Positions 48,893 to 52,749 of a DNA stretch of 52,749 bases are shown piece by piece. The stretch is from the sequence record SRR31156797_3954. One strand, 5' to 3'. Positions within the stretch are counted from its first letter, which is position 1, and the number at the start of each line of letters is the position of its first letter. The notes beneath the pieces are model-generated. The model was given only the letters and a program-made list of their open reading frames with translations, was not told the DNA's origin and made no database searches. The position numbers were made by a program, and so were the translations under genes.

Positions 48893-49477
48893 ATGATTGT
48901 GGTTATCATAAAATACAACGCAGGAAACATTCAATCGGTAGATTTCGCGCTGCAAAGATTAGGAATCAAGGCACAAATCACCGATGATTTCACTGCAATA
49001 CGTTCCGCAGATAAGGTCATATTTCCCGGTGTGGGTGAAGCTTCTTCAACAATGAAATATCTGCGCGAAAAAGAATTAGACAAACTTATTCCCGATCTAA
49101 AACAGCCTGTGCTGGGAATTTGCCTGGGCATGCAGCTCATGTGTAAAAGCTCTGAAGAAGGAAACACGCAAACGCTTGGAATTTTCGATACTAAAGTAAA
49201 AGAATTTCAACCACAACCAGGTATTAAAATTCCACACATGGGTTGGAACGATGTATCGGCAACAGAAGATGAACTTTTTCAAGTACTTGATCAACAATAC
49301 GTCTATTTCGTGCACAGTTTTTATGCACCGCTTTGCACTGAAACTATGCTGACCTGTGAGTATGGGCAAAAATTCACTGCTGCTATGCAAAAAGACAATT
49401 TTTATGGCGTGCAATTTCATCCTGAAAAAAGTGGTGAAGTAGGATCAAAATTTCTTAACCAATTTTTACAATTATGA
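48893..49477 (+). CDS. hisH: Imidazole glycerol phosphate synthase, glutaminase subunit
   Basis: Start ATG 48893; FPGVG, GICLGMQ, PHMGWN, YFVHSF, QFHPEKS. Confidence 0.97.
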   Translation: MIVVIIKYNAGNIQSVDFALQRLGIKAQITDDFTAIRSADKVIFPGVGEASSTMKYLREKELDKLIPDLKQPVLGICLGMQLMCKSSEEGNTQTLGIFDTKVKEFQPQPGIKIPHMGWNDVSATEDELFQVLDQQYVYFVHSFYAPLCTETMLTCEYGQKFTAAMQKDNFYGVQFHPEKSGEVGSKFLNQFLQL

Positions 49478-50211
49478 ACACACAAATAATTCCTGCAATA
49501 GATATTATTGACGGTCAATGCGTTCGTCTGCAACAAGGAGATTTTAATCGCAAAACTCAGTATGGCCTCAAACCATTGGACGTAGCTATAGAATATGAGA
49601 ACCAGGGCTATGAAAGGCTTCACGTTGTAGATTTGGATGCTGCTAAGGGAGATGGGAAAAGCAATAAAACTACTATTAAAGAAATCGCTTCCAATACCAA
49701 CCTTAAGGTTGATGTTGGAGGCGGGATTAAAAGCACAGAGCAAATAGAACAGCTTTTTGAAAACGGCGTATCCGCAGTCAATATAGGCAGTACAGCAATT
49801 AAGAATCCTGATTTTTTTATTAAATGGTTGGCAGCTTATGGCAACGACAAAATCTGGTTGTCTGCAGATGTGAATAAAACCAAAATAGCCATAAACGGCT
49901 GGCAGCAAAAAACAGAAATCGACCTATTTGATATCCTTCAACAATTTGAACAAACCAATTTGTTAACGGCCGTAATCACATCAATTGATCGCGACGGCAT
50001 GATGAAAGGTCCCAATGTGGAATTGTATGCACAAATAATGAATCAATTCCCGGACCTAAATATCGTGGCCAGTGGTGGAGTTACTTCACCTTCTGATTTA
50101 AAAAAACTTGCTGCCATTGGCATATCACAAGCCATCGTAGGTAAGGCACTTTATGAAACGGATGTATTTGCCAAGTGGAATAATGAAAACATTAATGATT
50201 TAGCAATATGA
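49474..50211 (+). CDS. hisA: ProFAR isomerase
   Basis: IIPAIDIIDGQCVRLQQG, HVVDLDAA, GGGI, ASGGV, VGKALY. Confidence 0.96.
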   Translation: MNTQIIPAIDIIDGQCVRLQQGDFNRKTQYGLKPLDVAIEYENQGYERLHVVDLDAAKGDGKSNKTTIKEIASNTNLKVDVGGGIKSTEQIEQLFENGVSAVNIGSTAIKNPDFFIKWLAAYGNDKIWLSADVNKTKIAINGWQQKTEIDLFDILQQFEQTNLLTAVITSIDRDGMMKGPNVELYAQIMNQFPDLNIVASGGVTSPSDLKKLAAIGISQAIVGKALYETDVFAKWNNENINDLAI

Positions 50212-50316
50212 CGATTCGATTCTAGCTATAAACAAATCAACAAATAACCAAAAAGTTGCTAGAAAAAATAAAAATACAGAAAACTCAATAGTACAATTAA
50301 CACAAAAAATATAAAT

Positions 50317-51072
50317 ATGCTCACAAAACGAATTATACCCTGTCTTGATGTACGCAACGGAAAAACCGTAAAAGGCATCAATTTTAAACAAATAAAAGAA
50401 GTAGGTGACCCTGTAGAATTAGGAAAACTCTATAGTGCTTCAGGCGCCGATGAACTTGTATATCTGGACATTACAGCCAGTCAGGAAGAACGCAATACTT
50501 TTCCCGAACTGGTGCGTCGCATCGCTAAAAATGTAAACATTCCATTTACCGTAGGAGGTGGAATTAAAACTGCACAAGATGCATCTATATTATTACAAGC
50601 AGGTGCCGACAAAGTATCAATCAACTCTGCAGCGCTCTTTAACCCAAAACTCATTAACGATATTGCTTTAGCTTTTGGAAATCAGTGTGTAGTATTAGCC
50701 ATCGATGCAAAGCTAGAAAATGGAAAATGGAACGTATACGCCAAAGGTGGCACGCAACGAACGGCAAAAGAACTTTTCAGCTGGGCTAAAGAAGGCGTGC
50801 AGCGTGGAGCAGGCGAAATTCTTTTCACTTCAATGAACCACGACGGCACAACTAATGGCTATGCCAATGAAGCTTTGCAACAACTTACGGAAACCGTAAA
50901 CGTTCCTGTTATAGCATCTGGTGGTGCAGGCACCATGGAACACTTTGCCGAAACATTTAAAAATGGAAAGGCCGATGCCGCGCTAGCAGCCAGTGTATTC
51001 CATTACGGAAAAATCCAAATCAACGACCTGAAAAAATACCTAATTGGAGAAGGAATTGCAATTCGTAATTAG
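50317..51072 (+). CDS. hisF: Imidazole glycerol phosphate synthase, cyclase subunit
   Basis: [41 protein letters not shown]. Confidence 0.98.
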   Translation: MLTKRIIPCLDVRNGKTVKGINFKQIKEVGDPVELGKLYSASGADELVYLDITASQEERNTFPELVRRIAKNVNIPFTVGGGIKTAQDASILLQAGADKVSINSAALFNPKLINDIALAFGNQCVVLAIDAKLENGKWNVYAKGGTQRTAKELFSWAKEGVQRGAGEILFTSMNHDGTTNGYANEALQQLTETVNVPVIASGGAGTMEHFAETFKNGKADAALAASVFHYGKIQINDLKKYLIGEGIAIRN

Positions 51073-51092
51073 ACCAATAAAAAAGCACGTAA

Positions 51093-51112
51093 AGACGCAC
51101 TATAGTGCGTCT
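51093..51112. repeat. Perfect 20-bp palindrome, REP-like
   Basis: AGACGCACTATAGTGCGTCT between hisF and hisIE; no T tract. Confidence 0.7.
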
Positions 51113-51144
51113 CAACTATAGTACGTCACATTAAAAAAATAAAA

Positions 51145-51747
51145 ATGAACACAAACGAAATAAAATTTGACCCACAAACCAGACTCGTCCCGGCCATCAT
51201 CCAAGACATTGACACCAAACAAGTGCTCATGCTTGGCTATATGAACAAACAATCTCTGGAACTGACGCTTGAAACAAAAAAAGTAACCTTTTACAGTCGA
51301 AGCCGACAAGAAATTTGGGTAAAAGGAGAAACAAGCGGCAACTATCTCAACCTCATCAGCATTGATGCAGATTGCGATAGCGACACATTGCTCATTTTAG
51401 CTAAACCCGTTGGACCAACATGCCACACAGGCAGCTACAATTGCTTCGACATAAAAAAGCAACCTGTGCTGGATTTTCTACCCAAACTTCAAGGTGTAAT
51501 TGACCAGCGCAAAAAAGAGATGCCAGAAGGATCTTACACCACACACCTATTCACAAAAGGAATCGATAAAATTGCCCAGAAAGTAGGTGAAGAAGCCGTT
51601 GAAACCATCATCGAAGCTAAAAACACCGACGATAATCTGTTACTAAATGAATCAGCAGACCTACTTTATCACTTAATGGTGCTACTAAGCGCCCGAAACC
51701 TAAGCATAAAAGATGTGGAGGATATATTGGTTGAAAGGCACAAGTAA
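51145..51747 (+). CDS. hisIE: Bifunctional phosphoribosyl-AMP cyclohydrolase/phosphoribosyl-ATP pyrophosphatase
   Basis: SRSRQEIWVKGETSGN, DCDSD, CHTG...CF, KVGEEAVE, ADLLYH. Confidence 0.97.
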   Translation: MNTNEIKFDPQTRLVPAIIQDIDTKQVLMLGYMNKQSLELTLETKKVTFYSRSRQEIWVKGETSGNYLNLISIDADCDSDTLLILAKPVGPTCHTGSYNCFDIKKQPVLDFLPKLQGVIDQRKKEMPEGSYTTHLFTKGIDKIAQKVGEEAVETIIEAKNTDDNLLLNESADLLYHLMVLLSARNLSIKDVEDILVERHK

Positions 51748-51752
51748 TTGAA

Positions 51753-51794
51753 GAAGCAATCTGTTTAATATTTTCATCAGATTGCTTCCTTTTT
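51753..51794 (+). terminator. Probable his operon terminator (REP-related arms)
   Basis: GAAGCAATCTG/CAGATTGCTTC 11-bp stem, 14-nt loop, then CTTTTT. Confidence 0.55.
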
Positions 51795-51984
51795 AAAGAG
51801 ATTATAGGTTCAAGGCTTTAACTCTTCATCTTGCCAGCACACACCTCACTAACGCTCCTAAAGGAGCGAACTCCAAACCCGCAGGGGGAATAGAATTTTC
51901 AATTTTTTAATTAATCATTTTCATTTGACTAACTATAATATCTTAAGCTTTCTGATTTTTGAATTTCAAAGCTATATTTGTCAA

Positions 51985-52485
51985 ATGATTAAAAAGAAAC
52001 ATATAAAAAGATTTAGTTACTTAAGAGCTTTATTATATGGCATTCCCATGGGAATAATTTCAATGACTTTTGGGATAATAGAACTTTTCAATACACCAAG
52101 TAACACAAATGAGCTTAGAATAAAAACAGGTAAAGCAAAGAAATTTGAAGAAACAAAATATTTCAGTAAAAAAGCAAATAGGTTTTTCAATGCATTTGTA
52201 ATCAATTTTGAAAATGGGGAAGAGTTTTATACGACAACTAATGAATACATAGAATTACTTTCAAACCAATTTGATTTTACTTCAAACAACGATAGTATAA
52301 AAATATGGCATATTATTGAAGAGAATCAAATTCTTCAAATATCTAAAAACGGAAAAATGATTTACAGCTATAAACCGACTTACTGGATTGGTCATTTTTT
52401 CTTTTGGATAGGACTATTAATTCTGATAGCAGTTCTTTCACATATAATAAAACATCCTAATGATTTAAATTACACAAAAAAGTAA
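51985..52485 (+). CDS. Hypothetical membrane protein (2 TM helices)
   Basis: Start moved to ATG 51985, 4 nt after TATATTTG (51973-51980), suggesting a leaderless transcript; N- and C-terminal hydrophobic helices. Confidence 0.65.
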   Translation: MIKKKHIKRFSYLRALLYGIPMGIISMTFGIIELFNTPSNTNELRIKTGKAKKFEETKYFSKKANRFFNAFVINFENGEEFYTTTNEYIELLSNQFDFTSNNDSIKIWHIIEENQILQISKNGKMIYSYKPTYWIGHFFFWIGLLILIAVLSHIIKHPNDLNYTKK

Positions 52486-52569
52486 TAAGAATTGCTTTTA
52501 ACTATGACTTAAAATTCATATTGACTTTGAATTTTCATTCTAATTAATATACACTTTTGTTTTCGGACC

Positions 52570-52745
52570 GACCTAAGTGTTTTAAGTGGGCACCTTCTTT
52601 CTTGAAGCAATTGGCCGAAGGCAAATTAAAATCTGTTTGAAATGATGCGTAATAAAGATCTTTAATAATTGAGAATTTACCTGCATCATTGAGTTATTTT
52701 AATTTAAATTGCAAAAGATTAGAAGGTCACTTAAAATACTAAGTC
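52570..52745. repeat. Long nested imperfect inverted repeat (MITE-like or structured element)
   Basis: Arms GACCTAAGTGTTTTAAGTG...ACCTTCT and AGAAGGTCACTTAAAATACTAAGTC, with inner pairs GCAATT/AATTGC, AAATTAAAAT/ATTTTAATTT and AATGATGC/GCATCATT. Confidence 0.6.
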
Positions 52746-52749
52746 TTGA

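Noticed and set aside
50212-50316. A-rich 105-bp gap between hisA and hisF as a hidden gene or remnant
   Set aside because: No credible start, motif or hairpin; not supportable from the sequence alone.
44568-51747. Absence of hisZ and of a separate histidinol phosphatase
   Set aside because: Long-form HisG does not need HisZ, and HisB carries the HAD phosphatase domain; the pathway is complete.

Overview
AT-rich Bacteroidota (Bacteroidales-like) chromosomal segment, judged from T9SS C-terminal sorting domains, TAnnTTTG -7 promoter boxes, long-form IspG and the glmS-DUF4270-glgA-like/panC-panD-rfaE2-radA gene order. The first ~14.7 kb is accessory-type: exported hydrolases, three tandem outer-membrane beta-barrel genes (one frameshifted), a 1051-aa Asp-rich repeat T9SS protein, and a TonB-dependent receptor followed by a LytS-type kinase with no response regulator. 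Housekeeping genes follow (ispH, cmk, ispG, glmS, panC, panD, radA), then a 3588-aa modular T9SS surface protein, mfd, an orphan SiaC-like gene and a complete hisGDCBHAF(IE) operon. The most striking signal is two complete His-leader-peptide attenuators in series upstream of hisG, both missed by the ORF track. Also notable are a diverged duplicate of the kinase 3' end bracketing a one-gene insertion, LytTR-like direct repeats before the TonB receptor, and a ~175-nt nested inverted-repeat element at the window end. No rRNA, tRNA, CRISPR array, integrase or transposase was seen. All product calls come from motif recognition by eye, not database searches.
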